From Demequinaceae bacterium (lineage in GTDB: Bacteria; Actinomycetota; Actinomycetes; Actinomycetales; Demequinaceae), in the NCBI GenBank assembly GCA_965250005.1, contig OZ252279.1, positions 480,001 to 512,000 of the forward strand: DNA of 32,000 nt, read 5' to 3'. Under the pieces are notes generated by a model. The model was not told the origin of the DNA. It saw only the letters and a list, made by a program, of their open reading frames with translations, and did no database searches. This document shows, piece after piece, positions 9,997 through 19,577 of the stretch (position 1 is the stretch's first letter; every line of letters begins with the position of its first letter). Both the position numbers and the translations under genes were made by a program.

Positions 9997-11190
9997 ATGA
10001 CAACCATCAAGAAGGCAGCACCCAAGGCTCCGCAAGGTCTCGGGCAGAAGTTCAAGGCGTTCGCCGGCACGGGGGCCGCAACCATTTCCGCGCTTGTCGC
10101 TGGAGCTATAGTCATCGGAATCGGCGCGGGTTTCGCGATTTCGGACGCGAACGCGGGTGGCGAGACGCAGATCAATGCTGGCGTCGCGCCGGTCGAAGAA
10201 GCTCACGAGCACAGCGACGACACCAACCTCCACGACGACGACGATTCAGAGGTTTTGGGCGTCGCCGACGTCGACCTCGACCACGCGGTCACGGTGTGGG
10301 ACGACGCCATGGCAACGGCGCTGCTCGCATACGCGGACAGCAATGACAACGTCGAATACACCATCACGGCCGACACGATCCTGATCGAAGGCAACGGCAT
10401 CCCTGATCACGAGACAGGGGCATTCCCAAACTCGGGTAACCCCAACAGCATCTCGGCTCAGGACGTCAGCTTTGAGATCACGCGCACACCGACATACGTC
10501 GGAACGCCAACCGACACCAAGATCTTTGGCGTCAGCGTTGGCGGCGTGGTATTCGACCCCGGAACGGCCGAGCGCGACGCCACGACCGGCTGGAGCATCG
10601 AAGCATTCAACACCTCGGGGATCTTCCCCGCGGGCGTTGACTTCAACAATGCTCACGTCCAGCCCGACGGCACGTACCACTATCACGGCATTCCCGAGGG
10701 GCTGTCTGAAGGCGACGAAGCGACTCACTCAAACATCGTTGGGTTCGCGGCAGATGGCTTCCCGATCTACTCGCTCTACGGATACGAGAACGCCGAGGAC
10801 GCGTCATCCGACGTTGTCGCTCTCGAGTCAAGTTGGCAACTGAAGGAAGGCACTCGCGCCGCGGGCGAGCCGTCCGGCACCTACAACGGTGACTACACGG
10901 ACGACTACGAGTTTGTCGCTGGGTCGGGTGACCTCGACCAGTGCAACGGTCTGTTCACCGTCACGCCGGACTTCCCTGAGGGTACGTACTCGTACTTCGT
11001 CACCGAGGAGTTCCCCTACGTTGCTCGCTGCGTGATGGGCGACGTATCCACCTCCAATCTGGGCAGTACCGCGGGCGGTGGCCCGGCAGGAGGGCCGCCT
11101 CAGAATGGCCAAGAGCCGCCCTCCGGCGGACCTGACGGCAACCGCCCGCCGCCTCCCGGCGGTCTGGCTGGCCCCCCGCAGGGCGCGTAA
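9997..11190 (+). CDS. membrane-anchored YHYH-domain protein with Pro/Gly-rich C-terminal tail
   Basis: The ATG at 9997 follows GAAGGGAAGGG. N-terminal TM segment: GAATISALVAGAIVIGIGAGFAI. Signature: HVQPDGTYHYHGIPEG. The tail is GGPAGGPPQNGQEPPSGGPDGNRPPPPGG. Alternative starts are at 9982 and 9934. Confidence 0.75.
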   Translation: MTTIKKAAPKAPQGLGQKFKAFAGTGAATISALVAGAIVIGIGAGFAISDANAGGETQINAGVAPVEEAHEHSDDTNLHDDDDSEVLGVADVDLDHAVTVWDDAMATALLAYADSNDNVEYTITADTILIEGNGIPDHETGAFPNSGNPNSISAQDVSFEITRTPTYVGTPTDTKIFGVSVGGVVFDPGTAERDATTGWSIEAFNTSGIFPAGVDFNNAHVQPDGTYHYHGIPEGLSEGDEATHSNIVGFAADGFPIYSLYGYENAEDASSDVVALESSWQLKEGTRAAGEPSGTYNGDYTDDYEFVAGSGDLDQCNGLFTVTPDFPEGTYSYFVTEEFPYVARCVMGDVSTSNLGSTAGGGPAGGPPQNGQEPPSGGPDGNRPPPPGGLAGPPQGA

Positions 11191-11207
11191 GCGCAAAAAA
11201 CCACCGA

Positions 11208-11246
11208 CCTTGAGCCGGGCCACCCTTCGGGGAGCCCGGCTCAAGG
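11208..11246 (+). terminator. intrinsic-terminator-like hairpin after the YHYH gene
   Basis: Perfect 13-bp stem CCTTGAGCCGGGC / GCCCGGCTCAAGG with a 13-nt loop, 18 nt after the stop. There is no strong T-tract, which is common in high-GC actinobacteria. Confidence 0.6.
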
Positions 11247-11268
11247 CTGTTGCAGGTAGCGTTGTCCC

Positions 11269-12015
11269 ATGACTCTCGCCCCCCAAGCTGCAATCGTTTC
11301 GGCAGCGATCGTGCTCGCCGGTTGCAGTTCTGCGCCCGAGGTCCACATCGCTGGCGAGGGAATCGACGTTCCCGTCGAGGCCCTCGTCAACCTACTGGGC
11401 GCGGAAGACACGCCCAGTGCCCTGACGGCAGACCCGCTCTGGTTCTATGCACCGATCGGAGAAGAGGCTCCCGAAAACGTCGAATACTTCGCACCGGCGG
11501 CATTCGATCCGAGCCGCTGCGCCGCGGCCGCACTGTTCGTCGAGTTACTCTCGACAGACGACACGGCGGAAGTCACGGACGAGTTCATCATCTACGGCGT
11601 CGAGTACGGAGTCGCACTCGGCTCCGACTGGACTCTGGTGGCCGCAGTATTCGGCCGCAGTTTCCCCACATCCGAGGACGCGGCGCTATTCCTGGCAGCG
11701 GGGGAGCAGTCGATCAAGGCGTGCCAGGGCGGCTACACGTTCACGAGCCCCGACGGCGCGGTATTCACCGTAGGATCGGTCGACACGTCGGCGGAGCTCG
11801 GCGGGTACCCGCCGGAGGTCGCGGTCTTCTATGCCGAGACCACCTTCCCGGACCTCGGATCTGTGACCAAGAGTTCGTTTGTTCAATACGGCAACTCCGT
11901 GTTCACCGTGAGACTCACGGACGACTCGAGCGTCGCTCAGCCGCCCGACCGTGTTCACCAAATCGCCATATCTGTCGCCAACAACCTGGTCGCCCTTGCC
12001 GAGATCCAGCCGTGA
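11269..12015 (+). CDS. hypothetical lipoprotein
   Basis: MTLAPQAAIVSAAIVLAGCSS is a signal peptide with the lipobox LAGC. The product is an acidic mature protein of 248 aa. Its stop overlaps the next start (GTGA). Confidence 0.7.
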   Translation: MTLAPQAAIVSAAIVLAGCSSAPEVHIAGEGIDVPVEALVNLLGAEDTPSALTADPLWFYAPIGEEAPENVEYFAPAAFDPSRCAAAALFVELLSTDDTAEVTDEFIIYGVEYGVALGSDWTLVAAVFGRSFPTSEDAALFLAAGEQSIKACQGGYTFTSPDGAVFTVGSVDTSAELGGYPPEVAVFYAETTFPDLGSVTKSSFVQYGNSVFTVRLTDDSSVAQPPDRVHQIAISVANNLVALAEIQP

Positions 12016-12605
12016 CCGCCACTCCGAGCGCGTCGGACCGGGTGTGGACCGTGCCCAACGTGATCTCGATGATGCGCATCCTCCTCATCGGCGTGTTCCT
12101 CTACCTGCTAGTGAACGAGCGCGATGGTTGGGCCATCGCGGCGCTCATGGCCGCGGGCATCAGCGACTTCCTTGACGGCTTCCTCGCCCGGCGATGGAAC
12201 CAAGTGACCGAGTTGGGCCGCATCCTGGACCCTGCCGCGGACCGTCTGCTCACCATCGCTGTGGCCGTGGGCCTGGGGCTCCGCGGCATCGTTCCGTGGG
12301 CGATTATCGGGATCATCCTGCTTCGCGACGTGGTCGTTGGCATCGTCCTTTTGTGGGGCAAGTCCCGCGGCGACCCCACGCCTCAGGTTACGTTCGCTGG
12401 CAAGGCCGCGACGTTCGGGTTGTACGTTTTCTTACCCCTGGCCTACCTCGGATTTGAGCGGTGGGAGCTCCTATGGGAACTGTCAATTGTGGGCATTGTT
12501 GTTTCTGCAGGCACCTACTGGGCCGCCGGAATCGGGTACATGCGAGAAGTCAGACAGGGCGCTCGAGGCGCAGTCGGTAGCGAGAGCGACGCGGCTGGCG
12601 CCTAG
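12012..12605 (+). CDS. CDP-alcohol phosphatidyltransferase (PgsA/cardiolipin-synthase-like)
   Basis: The GTG at 12012 overlaps the lipoprotein stop. Motif: DFLDGFLARRWNQVTELGRILDPAADRL, i.e. D(x2)DG(x2)AR...G(x3)D(x3)D. It has multiple TM helices. It is the C-terminal third of the artefactual 451-aa track ORF. Confidence 0.85.
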   Translation: MTATPSASDRVWTVPNVISMMRILLIGVFLYLLVNERDGWAIAALMAAGISDFLDGFLARRWNQVTELGRILDPAADRLLTIAVAVGLGLRGIVPWAIIGIILLRDVVVGIVLLWGKSRGDPTPQVTFAGKAATFGLYVFLPLAYLGFERWELLWELSIVGIVVSAGTYWAAGIGYMREVRQGARGAVGSESDAAGA

Positions 12606-12663
12606 CACGCTGACGGCTTTTGCGCCGTAAGATGGGGGTATTCGAAGATTGGAGGGGAGCGGC

Positions 12664-13083
12664 ATGGAACACGACGAGAGCCCGGTGGAACAGACGCTGT
12701 CGATTGACTCGGCCACGCCCGTGGATGACCTGGCGCCGCACCACCTAAGCGCACAGGATCAGGCCGCGGTGGACGCGCTTCCGGACCGCTCCGCACTCCT
12801 CATCGTCCACCACGGACCCAATGCGGGCGCGCGGTTTTTGCTCGACGTGGACGTCACCACAGCCGGTCGAAACGTCGACGGCGACATCTTCCTTGACGAC
12901 GTCACGGTTTCACGCGAGCACGTCCGGTTTGAGCGGGACGGCGAGGACTTCTACGTCCGCGACGCTGGCTCTCTTAACGGAACGTACGTGAACCGCGAGC
13001 GCGCGATTTCGCAGAAGCTCGCGGCCGGCGACGAGGTACAGATCGGCAAATACAGGCTCACCTTCTACCCCGGGCTTCACTAA
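12664..13083 (+). CDS. garA: FHA-domain regulator GarA/OdhI
   Basis: The ATG at 12664 follows GGAGGGGAG. FHA core: LLIVHHGPNAGARFLLD...TTAGRNVDGDIFLDDVTVSREHVRFERDGEDFYVRDAGSLNGTYVNRE. There is an N-terminal Thr/Ser-containing segment, VEQTLSIDS. It sits with the conserved downstream MerR genes. Confidence 0.88.
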   Translation: MEHDESPVEQTLSIDSATPVDDLAPHHLSAQDQAAVDALPDRSALLIVHHGPNAGARFLLDVDVTTAGRNVDGDIFLDDVTVSREHVRFERDGEDFYVRDAGSLNGTYVNRERAISQKLAAGDEVQIGKYRLTFYPGLH

Positions 13084-13085
13084 CA

Positions 13086-13841
13086 ATGGCGCCCGCTCAG
13101 GGTGCCGCAAAGCAGGCGCCCCCAGGCGAGCCGGAGCCGCCGCGCGAAATCGCGCCGTCGCGGACCGAATCCGGGCGTTGGCCACATCAGCTTTCCCGCC
13201 AGCCGCTCATGCGTGTGTCGGATGTGCTGTCACTGGTTCAAAAAGAATTCCCCGCGCTTTCCCCCTCCAAACTGCGCTTCCTCGACACCCAAGGCCTCGT
13301 GACGCCGGTGCGCACGAGTGGCGGCTACAGGCAATACTCGCCCGCCGACGTTGAGCGGTTGAGATATGTCTTGCGTGAGCAACGGGATCACTATCGGCCG
13401 CTCACTGTCATTTTGGACAGGCTCGTAGCCCTCGACGCCGGGATCGAACGCGAAGCCGTTGCTCTGCACTCCGTCGAGGATGCCAAGTCTCAGTGGGTTT
13501 CTGCGGGGCAGCTCGCGGCCGCCGCCGGAGTAGAGCCAGATCTTGTCGCGTCGTTTGCATCAGCGGGAATCATCTTTGAAGGCATGCCCGGAAAGTTTTC
13601 GCGGTCCGACGTTTCCATTGTTCACGGCGCCTCCGTATACCTGGAGGCGGGGGGCGACCTGCGCGCACTCAAGGTGCTGCGCAATGCTGCGGTGCGCGAG
13701 GCCGACTTAGCCCGGGCTATTGCCGCCCCAATCCGCAGCAAAGGAGACGCTGGCGCAGCCCAGAACCAAGCCTCCGAGTTAGCTGAGGCGGCCGCCGCAG
13801 TGTTTGGGCAGATCGTCCGTGCCGAGGTCGCCCGTGGCTAA
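13086..13841 (+). CDS. ftsR: MerR-family regulator, FtsR / Rv1828-like
   Basis: Contains MRVSDVLSLVQKEFPALSPSKLRFLDTQGLVTPVRTSGGYRQYSPADVERLRYVLREQRDHYRPLTVI. It lies immediately downstream of garA, as in Mycobacterium and Corynebacterium. The start is uncertain; the ATG at 13209 is an alternative. Confidence 0.8.
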   Translation: MAPAQGAAKQAPPGEPEPPREIAPSRTESGRWPHQLSRQPLMRVSDVLSLVQKEFPALSPSKLRFLDTQGLVTPVRTSGGYRQYSPADVERLRYVLREQRDHYRPLTVILDRLVALDAGIEREAVALHSVEDAKSQWVSAGQLAAAAGVEPDLVASFASAGIIFEGMPGKFSRSDVSIVHGASVYLEAGGDLRALKVLRNAAVREADLARAIAAPIRSKGDAGAAQNQASELAEAAAAVFGQIVRAEVARG

Positions 13842-13987
13842 TGTGACAGGTGCGACACGCCGACGAACGGGAACATTGCGATGTCCACGGAGCATCACGC
13901 CGGGCGCGCTACCCTGGTCACAAGCACCGCTCCCAGGTGCACCGAACCGCCCCTAGAGATATCCGCACAACAGTCGAAGGAGGAGCG

Positions 13988-14566
13988 ATGGCAGACGACA
14001 CCGGCACGAACCCCAACGCTCCGCACGACCAGGGACTTCTTTTCAACGACGGGCTACCCCAACTTGACGACCAAGCCGGCTACCGCGGCCCCACCGCGTG
14101 CAAAGCCGCGGGAATCACGTACAGGCAGCTCGACTACTGGGCTCGCACAGGATTGGTGGAGCCCACGGTGCGGTCCGCCACCGGCTCGGGGACGCAGCGA
14201 CTGTACGGCTTCCGCGACATTCTTGTTCTTCGCGTGGTCAAGCGCCTCCTGGACTCCGGCGTCTCACTTCAGCAAATCCGTAGCGCAGTGGAGCATTTGC
14301 GCGAGCGCGGCGTTGAAGACCTGAGCCGCATCACGCTGATGTCGGACGGCGCCTCGGTCTACGAGTGCACCACGGATGACGAGGTTATCGACCTGGTACA
14401 AGGTGGCCAGGGCGTATTCGGAATCGCGCTCGGCAAAGTATGGCGCGAACTCGAAGGTTCGCTCGCGTCGTTCCCTGTTGACAGGGCCGATGCCGCGCCC
14501 GTCGCTCAGCCGGGAATGATTGACGAGTTAGCCGAGCGCCGCCAGACCCGCTCGAACGCCAGCTAG
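13988..14566 (+). CDS. MerR-family transcriptional regulator (Rv1830-like)
   Basis: The ATG at 13988 follows GAAGGAGGAG. HTH region: YRGPTACKAAGITYRQLDYWARTGLVEP...RLYGFRDILVLRVVKRLLDSGVSLQQIR. Confidence 0.85.
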   Translation: MADDTGTNPNAPHDQGLLFNDGLPQLDDQAGYRGPTACKAAGITYRQLDYWARTGLVEPTVRSATGSGTQRLYGFRDILVLRVVKRLLDSGVSLQQIRSAVEHLRERGVEDLSRITLMSDGASVYECTTDDEVIDLVQGGQGVFGIALGKVWRELEGSLASFPVDRADAAPVAQPGMIDELAERRQTRSNAS

Positions 14567-14635
14567 CCACCCCCACGACCCGTTTCACTTCAGTGTGCGC
14601 GCACTAGCGCGCCAGTTGGACCGCGAGTTATCATC

Positions 14636-14648
14636 TGACCAGCGGTCA
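14636..14648. promoter_or_regulatory. candidate TetR auto-operator palindrome TGACC-AGC-GGTCA
   Basis: Perfect 5-bp arms with a 3-bp spacer, 16-28 nt upstream of the TetR ATG and just 5' of the AGGAG RBS. This is inferred from position only. Confidence 0.3.
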
Positions 14649-14663
14649 ATTAGGAGCTGAGTC

Positions 14664-15359
14664 ATGGCGTCGGCTAGCGGTCCCTCCCTCGATCCCGAGT
14701 ATCGCCGCGCGCGCAACGATGACCAAAGGGTCGAACGCAGGGCGGCAATCCTCCTGGCTGCGCGGCTCGAATTCGAGGATCACGGACTCTACGGCTTCCG
14801 CATGAACGCCGTGGCACGCCGGGTCCACCTGAGCAAGGCTGCGCTCTACGGCTACTTTGACGGCAAGCATCTCCTGTTGGCGACGCTCACTGCTGGCATG
14901 CTGCGATCCTGGCTCCAGAGTGTGACGGCGGCCGTACGGACCCGAGACAATTGGAACGCGCACAGCTTGGCCGATGAAGTCTCGGCCTCCCTGCACGGAC
15001 GCGACACGCTCCTCAGGCTGCTGGCAAGCCTTGAGACCATGCTTGAGCCCGGCTTGACCGACGCCGATGCAGCCGCACTTCGAGCAGCCGTCGCGGGCGA
15101 ACTGGACGAACTGGCGGCGGAGCTCGAACGGCGCTGGCCGGAACTAGCGTCCGGACAGGGCGTCTCGCTGGTGGCCGAGGCTCGCGCGATCATTGTCGGA
15201 CTGCGTCAGGCAGCCGACGCGCCGGTGGTTTCGGGCAACCTTGACGCCGTGCCCAGCGCGGCTCCGGCCGACGCTGGATTCGACGCCGTCGTGAAGTTGG
15301 GGCTCGCTCGCTTGTTCGCAGGCGTCGAATCTCTGGGGATCCGCACGAGCGCAGTTTGA
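14664..15359 (+). CDS. TetR/AcrR-family transcriptional regulator
   Basis: N-terminal HTH: RRAAILLAARLEFEDHGLYGFRMNAVARRVHLSKAALYGYFDGKHLLL. 231 aa. Confidence 0.85.
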   Translation: MASASGPSLDPEYRRARNDDQRVERRAAILLAARLEFEDHGLYGFRMNAVARRVHLSKAALYGYFDGKHLLLATLTAGMLRSWLQSVTAAVRTRDNWNAHSLADEVSASLHGRDTLLRLLASLETMLEPGLTDADAAALRAAVAGELDELAAELERRWPELASGQGVSLVAEARAIIVGLRQAADAPVVSGNLDAVPSAAPADAGFDAVVKLGLARLFAGVESLGIRTSAV

Positions 15360-15469
15360 TGCGCGGGCCGTCAGCCGCTGCGGGTCCCGGATCGCCGTGA
15401 CCGCACCGTCGCGTGCTGTCAGTGCCACCCGAAACCTGGCAAGATGAACCCATCGTCAAAGGGGAGTAG

Positions 15470-18400
15470 ATGTTCTCGAAGGTGCTCGTTGCCAACCGCG
15501 CGGAGATCGCCGTACGGGCGTTCCGTGCCGCGTACGAACTGGGCGCGCGGACCGTCGCGGTGTTTCCCCACGAAGACCGCATGTCCGAGCACCGGCTCAA
15601 GGCTGACGAAGCCTACGAGATCGGGGAGGAGGGCCATCCGGTCCGGGCGTACCTCGACCCCGCCGAGATCGTGCGCGTCGCCAAACTGTCCGGCGCAGAC
15701 GCCGTCTACCCCGGCTACGGGTTCCTCTCCGAGAACGTCGAATTTGCGCAGGCATGCAAGGACGCCGACCTAACTTTCGTCGGCCCCCCACCTGAGGTCC
15801 TTCAGAAGGCCGGCGATAAGGTCGCCGCACTGAAGGCGGCGCGCGACGCAGGAATTCCTGTGCTCGCCTCGTCCGAACCGTCGAAGAACCCGGAAGATCT
15901 GATCAGCAAGGCCGCGGAGATCGGATTCCCGATCTTTGTCAAGGCCGTCGCCGGCGGCGGCGGTCGCGGCATGCGGCGTGTCGAAACGCCTGGCGAGCTC
16001 CCCGAGCTCCTGGACGCAGCCATGCGCGAGGCGGACGCAGCGTTCGGCGACCCCACGGTTTTCCTGGAGCGGGCGGTGCTCGCCCCGCGTCACATTGAAG
16101 TGCAGATTCTCGCCGACGCCGAAGGCAACGTGGTGCACCTGTTCGAGCGTGACTGCTCGGTCCAGCGCCGGCACCAGAAGGTAATCGAGATCGCCCCGGC
16201 ACCCAACCTCGATCCCGAGATCCGTGACGCGCTCTGCCGTGACGCCGTCGCGTTCGCCAAGGGCCTCGGCTATATCAATGCTGGCACTGTCGAGTTCCTT
16301 GTGGACACGGTGGGGGAGCGCAAGGGCAAGCACGTCTTTATCGAGATGAACCCACGCATCCAGGTGGAGCATACGGTGACCGAAGAAGTCACCGATATTG
16401 ACATTGTTCGCGCTCAACTGCGCATCGCCTCGGGCGAGACGCTTGAGGACATCGGCATCCGCCAGAAGGACGTGCGCGTCAACGGCTTTGCGCTTCAAAC
16501 ACGAATCACCACGGAAGACCCGTCAAACGGCTTCGTTCCGGACACCGGCCGAATCACCGCATACCGCTCGCCAGGCGGCGCGGGCGTTCGCCTTGATGGC
16601 GCATCCGGCATGGCCGGCAACCGCATCTCGGGCCACTTCGACTCGATGCTCGTCAAGTTGACGTGCCGCGGGCGCACGTTCGACATCGCGGCCGCCCGTG
16701 CCCAGCGCGCGCTTGCAGAGTTCCGCATCCGCGGGGTTACCACCAACATCCCGTTCCTCAAGGCCGTCCTCTCGGACGAGGATTTCCAGACCGGGGGAGT
16801 GTCCACCGCCTTCATCGATGAGCGCCCGCACCTGCTCGAAGCCGTCAGCCACCAGGACCGATCGACCAAGCTGCTCGCCTTCATTGGGCATCAGACTGTC
16901 AATCGGCCCAACGGCGAGCCCACCACCGGGGTTCTCACGCCGTCGGATCGGCTCCCGCAAATCGATATGGTCGCCAGCCCGCCGGACGGCTCGCGACAGC
17001 GGATTCTCGAGTTGGGCCCTGAGGGCTTTGCCGCAGATCTTCGTGCACAGGTGGCGCTGGCCGTCACCGAGACGACGTTCAGGGACGCCCACCAGAGCCT
17101 GTTAGCCACACGCGTGCGGACCATCGATCTGTTAGCCGCTTCCGGGCACGTCGCCCGCACGACCCCCGAGTTGCTCTCTATGGAGGCATGGGGCGGCGCA
17201 ACATTTGATGTGGCGCTGCGCTTCCTCACGGAAGACCCGTGGGTGCGGCTCGAACGCCTCCGTGAGGAGTTGCCCAATGTCGCGCTCCAGATGCTCATGC
17301 GCGGGCGCAACACCGTGGGTTACACGCCGTACCCCGACGCCGTCGCGCACGCCTTCGTGCAGGAGGCGACGCAGACCGGTATCGACATCTTCCGCATCTT
17401 CGACGCCCTCAACGACGTAGACCAGATGCGCCCGGCTATTGACGCCGTCCGCGAGACGGGCACCGCCATTGCCGAGGCGTGCCTCTGCTACACGGGCAAC
17501 CTCACGGATCCCGACGAGAAACTCTACACGCTCGACTACTACCTGAAGTTAGCCGAGCAGCTCGTGGGCGCTGGCGCGCACATCTTGGCCATCAAGGACA
17601 TGGCTGGCCTGCTGCGTCCTCCCGCAGCACACACGCTGGTCACCGCACTCCGCGAGCGCTTCGACTTGCCCGTGCACCTGCACACGCACGACACGGCCGG
17701 TGGCCAACTCGCAACCCTGCTCGCCGCCTCGGAAGCGGGAGTGGACGCCGTGGACGTCGCAAACGCCGCCATGGCCGGGACAACCTCGCAGCCGCCGCTG
17801 AGCGCGCTCGTCGCTGCGCTAGAGCACACCGAGCGCGACACGGGGTTATCGCTGCGTGCGGCACAGAACCTTGAGCCGTATTGGGAGGGTGTGCGCAAGC
17901 TCTACGCGCCCTTCGAGAGCGGACTGCCAGGCCCGACCGGCCGCGTGTACATGCACGAGATCCCCGGTGGACAGCTGTCCAACCTTCGGCAACAAGCAAT
18001 ATCGCTTGGATTGGGAGACCGGTTCGAGGCGATCGAAGACATGTACGCGGCCGCGGACCGCATCTTGGGGCGGCTCGTCAAGGTCACGCCGTCGTCCAAG
18101 GTCGTTGGAGACCTCGCGCTTCAATTGGTAAGCGCGGGCGCCGATCCCGCGGACTTCGAAGAGAACCCTGGTTCGTACGACCTGCCGGACAGTGTCATCG
18201 GATTCCTTGCGGGAGAGCTTGGGGACCCGCCCGGGGGCTGGCCCGAGCCGTTCCGCACCAAGGCCCTCGATGGCCGCGATTCCGAGCGCAGCATCCCCGA
18301 ACTCACGCCAGAAGATGAGGCCGCGCTAGCGGAACCGGGGCAGACCCGCCGCACGCGCCTCAATCACCTGTTGTTCGACGGCCCTGCAACTGAATACGAG

Positions 18401-18877
18401 AAGACTGTCGAGGAGTATGGCGACATCTCCGTGATCGACACGTTCCGCTATCTGTACGGAATCTCCGTAGGTAGTGGGGAAGAGGTCTCCATATACGTCA
18501 AGAAGGGCGTGCGGCTGATTGTCACGCTCGAGGCGATGGGCGAACCGGACGATCACGGCAATCGCACGGCCATCTTCAACTACAACGGCCAAATCCGTCC
18601 GGTGAAGGTCCGCGACGAGACTGCATCCGTTCACGTGGTCGCGAGAGAGAGGGCGGATACCGACGTCGAGGGCCACATTCCCGCGCCATTCTCGGGCGCC
18701 GTGACGGTCGCCGTCCCCGTCGGGGCCGATGTCGAGACTGGCGAAACAGTCGCCACAATCGAGGCGATGAAGATGGAAGCTGCTATTACGACTCCCGTGG
18801 GCGGCAAGGTCGCTCGCATTTTGGTGAAAGATACGGAGACGCTCGCTGGCGGCGATTTGGTGCTCGTGATCGAGTAG
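15470..18877 (+). CDS. pyc: pyruvate carboxylase
   Basis: 1135 aa. It has a biotin carboxylase N-terminus (MFSKVLVANRAEIAVRAFRAA..., GGGGRGMR, EMNPRIQVEH), a carboxyltransferase TIM domain (TTFRDAHQSLLATR), and a C-terminal biotinyl motif (EAMKME). The RBS is AAGGGGAG. Confidence 0.97.
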   Translation: MFSKVLVANRAEIAVRAFRAAYELGARTVAVFPHEDRMSEHRLKADEAYEIGEEGHPVRAYLDPAEIVRVAKLSGADAVYPGYGFLSENVEFAQACKDADLTFVGPPPEVLQKAGDKVAALKAARDAGIPVLASSEPSKNPEDLISKAAEIGFPIFVKAVAGGGGRGMRRVETPGELPELLDAAMREADAAFGDPTVFLERAVLAPRHIEVQILADAEGNVVHLFERDCSVQRRHQKVIEIAPAPNLDPEIRDALCRDAVAFAKGLGYINAGTVEFLVDTVGERKGKHVFIEMNPRIQVEHTVTEEVTDIDIVRAQLRIASGETLEDIGIRQKDVRVNGFALQTRITTEDPSNGFVPDTGRITAYRSPGGAGVRLDGASGMAGNRISGHFDSMLVKLTCRGRTFDIAAARAQRALAEFRIRGVTTNIPFLKAVLSDEDFQTGGVSTAFIDERPHLLEAVSHQDRSTKLLAFIGHQTVNRPNGEPTTGVLTPSDRLPQIDMVASPPDGSRQRILELGPEGFAADLRAQVALAVTETTFRDAHQSLLATRVRTIDLLAASGHVARTTPELLSMEAWGGATFDVALRFLTEDPWVRLERLREELPNVALQMLMRGRNTVGYTPYPDAVAHAFVQEATQTGIDIFRIFDALNDVDQMRPAIDAVRETGTAIAEACLCYTGNLTDPDEKLYTLDYYLKLAEQLVGAGAHILAIKDMAGLLRPPAAHTLVTALRERFDLPVHLHTHDTAGGQLATLLAASEAGVDAVDVANAAMAGTTSQPPLSALVAALEHTERDTGLSLRAAQNLEPYWEGVRKLYAPFESGLPGPTGRVYMHEIPGGQLSNLRQQAISLGLGDRFEAIEDMYAAADRILGRLVKVTPSSKVVGDLALQLVSAGADPADFEENPGSYDLPDSVIGFLAGELGDPPGGWPEPFRTKALDGRDSERSIPELTPEDEAALAEPGQTRRTRLNHLLFDGPATEYEKTVEEYGDISVIDTFRYLYGISVGSGEEVSIYVKKGVRLIVTLEAMGEPDDHGNRTAIFNYNGQIRPVKVRDETASVHVVARERADTDVEGHIPAPFSGAVTVAVPVGADVETGETVATIEAMKMEAAITTPVGGKVARILVKDTETLAGGDLVLVIE

Positions 18878-18988
18878 TTTCTGCCCGCAGCCAGTCGCGA
18901 GCAAAGCGACGCGCGGCTTGACGGGACTTTCGTCCCCGCATAGCAGGGGAGTCGTGAAGGACGATTGGGGTGTCCCAAGGAGGCATCC

Positions 18989-19495
18989 ATGACCGTCCTG
19001 GTTGCAGTCGGCTCCAAGTACGGGGCCACACGCGAGATCGCACAAACCATCGCCGACGTACTTACAGATAGCGGCGTCGAGGCGCGCTGCCACGAAGCAA
19101 AAGACGTCGTTTCCATCGACGGCTACAGCGCGATTGTCCTCGGCAGCGCCGTCTACGGTGGTTTCTGGCGACGCGACGCCAGCGAGTTTGCCAGGCTCAA
19201 TGGCCCGCGACTCATGGAGCTTCCCACGTGGTTGTTTTCGTCAGGTCCCGTGGGATTGCCCCCGCGTCCCAGCGAGGCAGCCGGAGAGGGCGACGCGCTT
19301 GCATCCAAGTTGGGAGCTCGAGAGCACCGGGTGTTCAGCGGCTTCCTCAATCCCGACAAGCTCAACATGGGCGAACGGGCGCTAATCAAAGGGCTGCGTG
19401 CCAGCGTCGGAGACTACCGAGAATGGGGCCAAGTGAAGTCCTGGGCGCGTGAGATCGCCAACCAGATCGCCGTAGTCGTAGGGGACAAGGACTGA
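18989..19495 (+). CDS. flavodoxin-domain protein
   Basis: The ATG at 18989 follows AAGGAGG. Contains MTVLVAVGSKYGATREIAQTIADVL...AIVLGSAVYGGFW...WLFSSGPVG. Confidence 0.75.
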   Translation: MTVLVAVGSKYGATREIAQTIADVLTDSGVEARCHEAKDVVSIDGYSAIVLGSAVYGGFWRRDASEFARLNGPRLMELPTWLFSSGPVGLPPRPSEAAGEGDALASKLGAREHRVFSGFLNPDKLNMGERALIKGLRASVGDYREWGQVKSWAREIANQIAVVVGDKD

Positions 19496-19523
19496 CGCAG
19501 CGGCGCAGTACCTTTCCGCTGCG
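19496..19523 (+). terminator. hairpin after the flavodoxin gene
   Basis: 8-bp stem CGCAGCGG / CCGCTGCG with a 12-nt loop, starting 1 nt after the stop. Confidence 0.35.
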
Positions 19524-19577
19524 CGATGCCCAACCTTGAACTCGGTCGCACGCCCTGCCGGACGTAAGATTGCGACC

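Noticed and set aside
11250-12605. 451-aa plus-strand ORF
   Set aside because: Only the last ~197 aa (from GTG 12012) form a real CDP-alcohol phosphatidyltransferase. The upstream two-thirds are Arg-rich nonsense, out of frame with the well-formed lipoprotein gene at 11269-12015.
18326-19093. 255-aa minus-strand ORF
   Set aside because: It is antisense to the biotinyl domain of pyc and to the flavodoxin start. It has no motifs.
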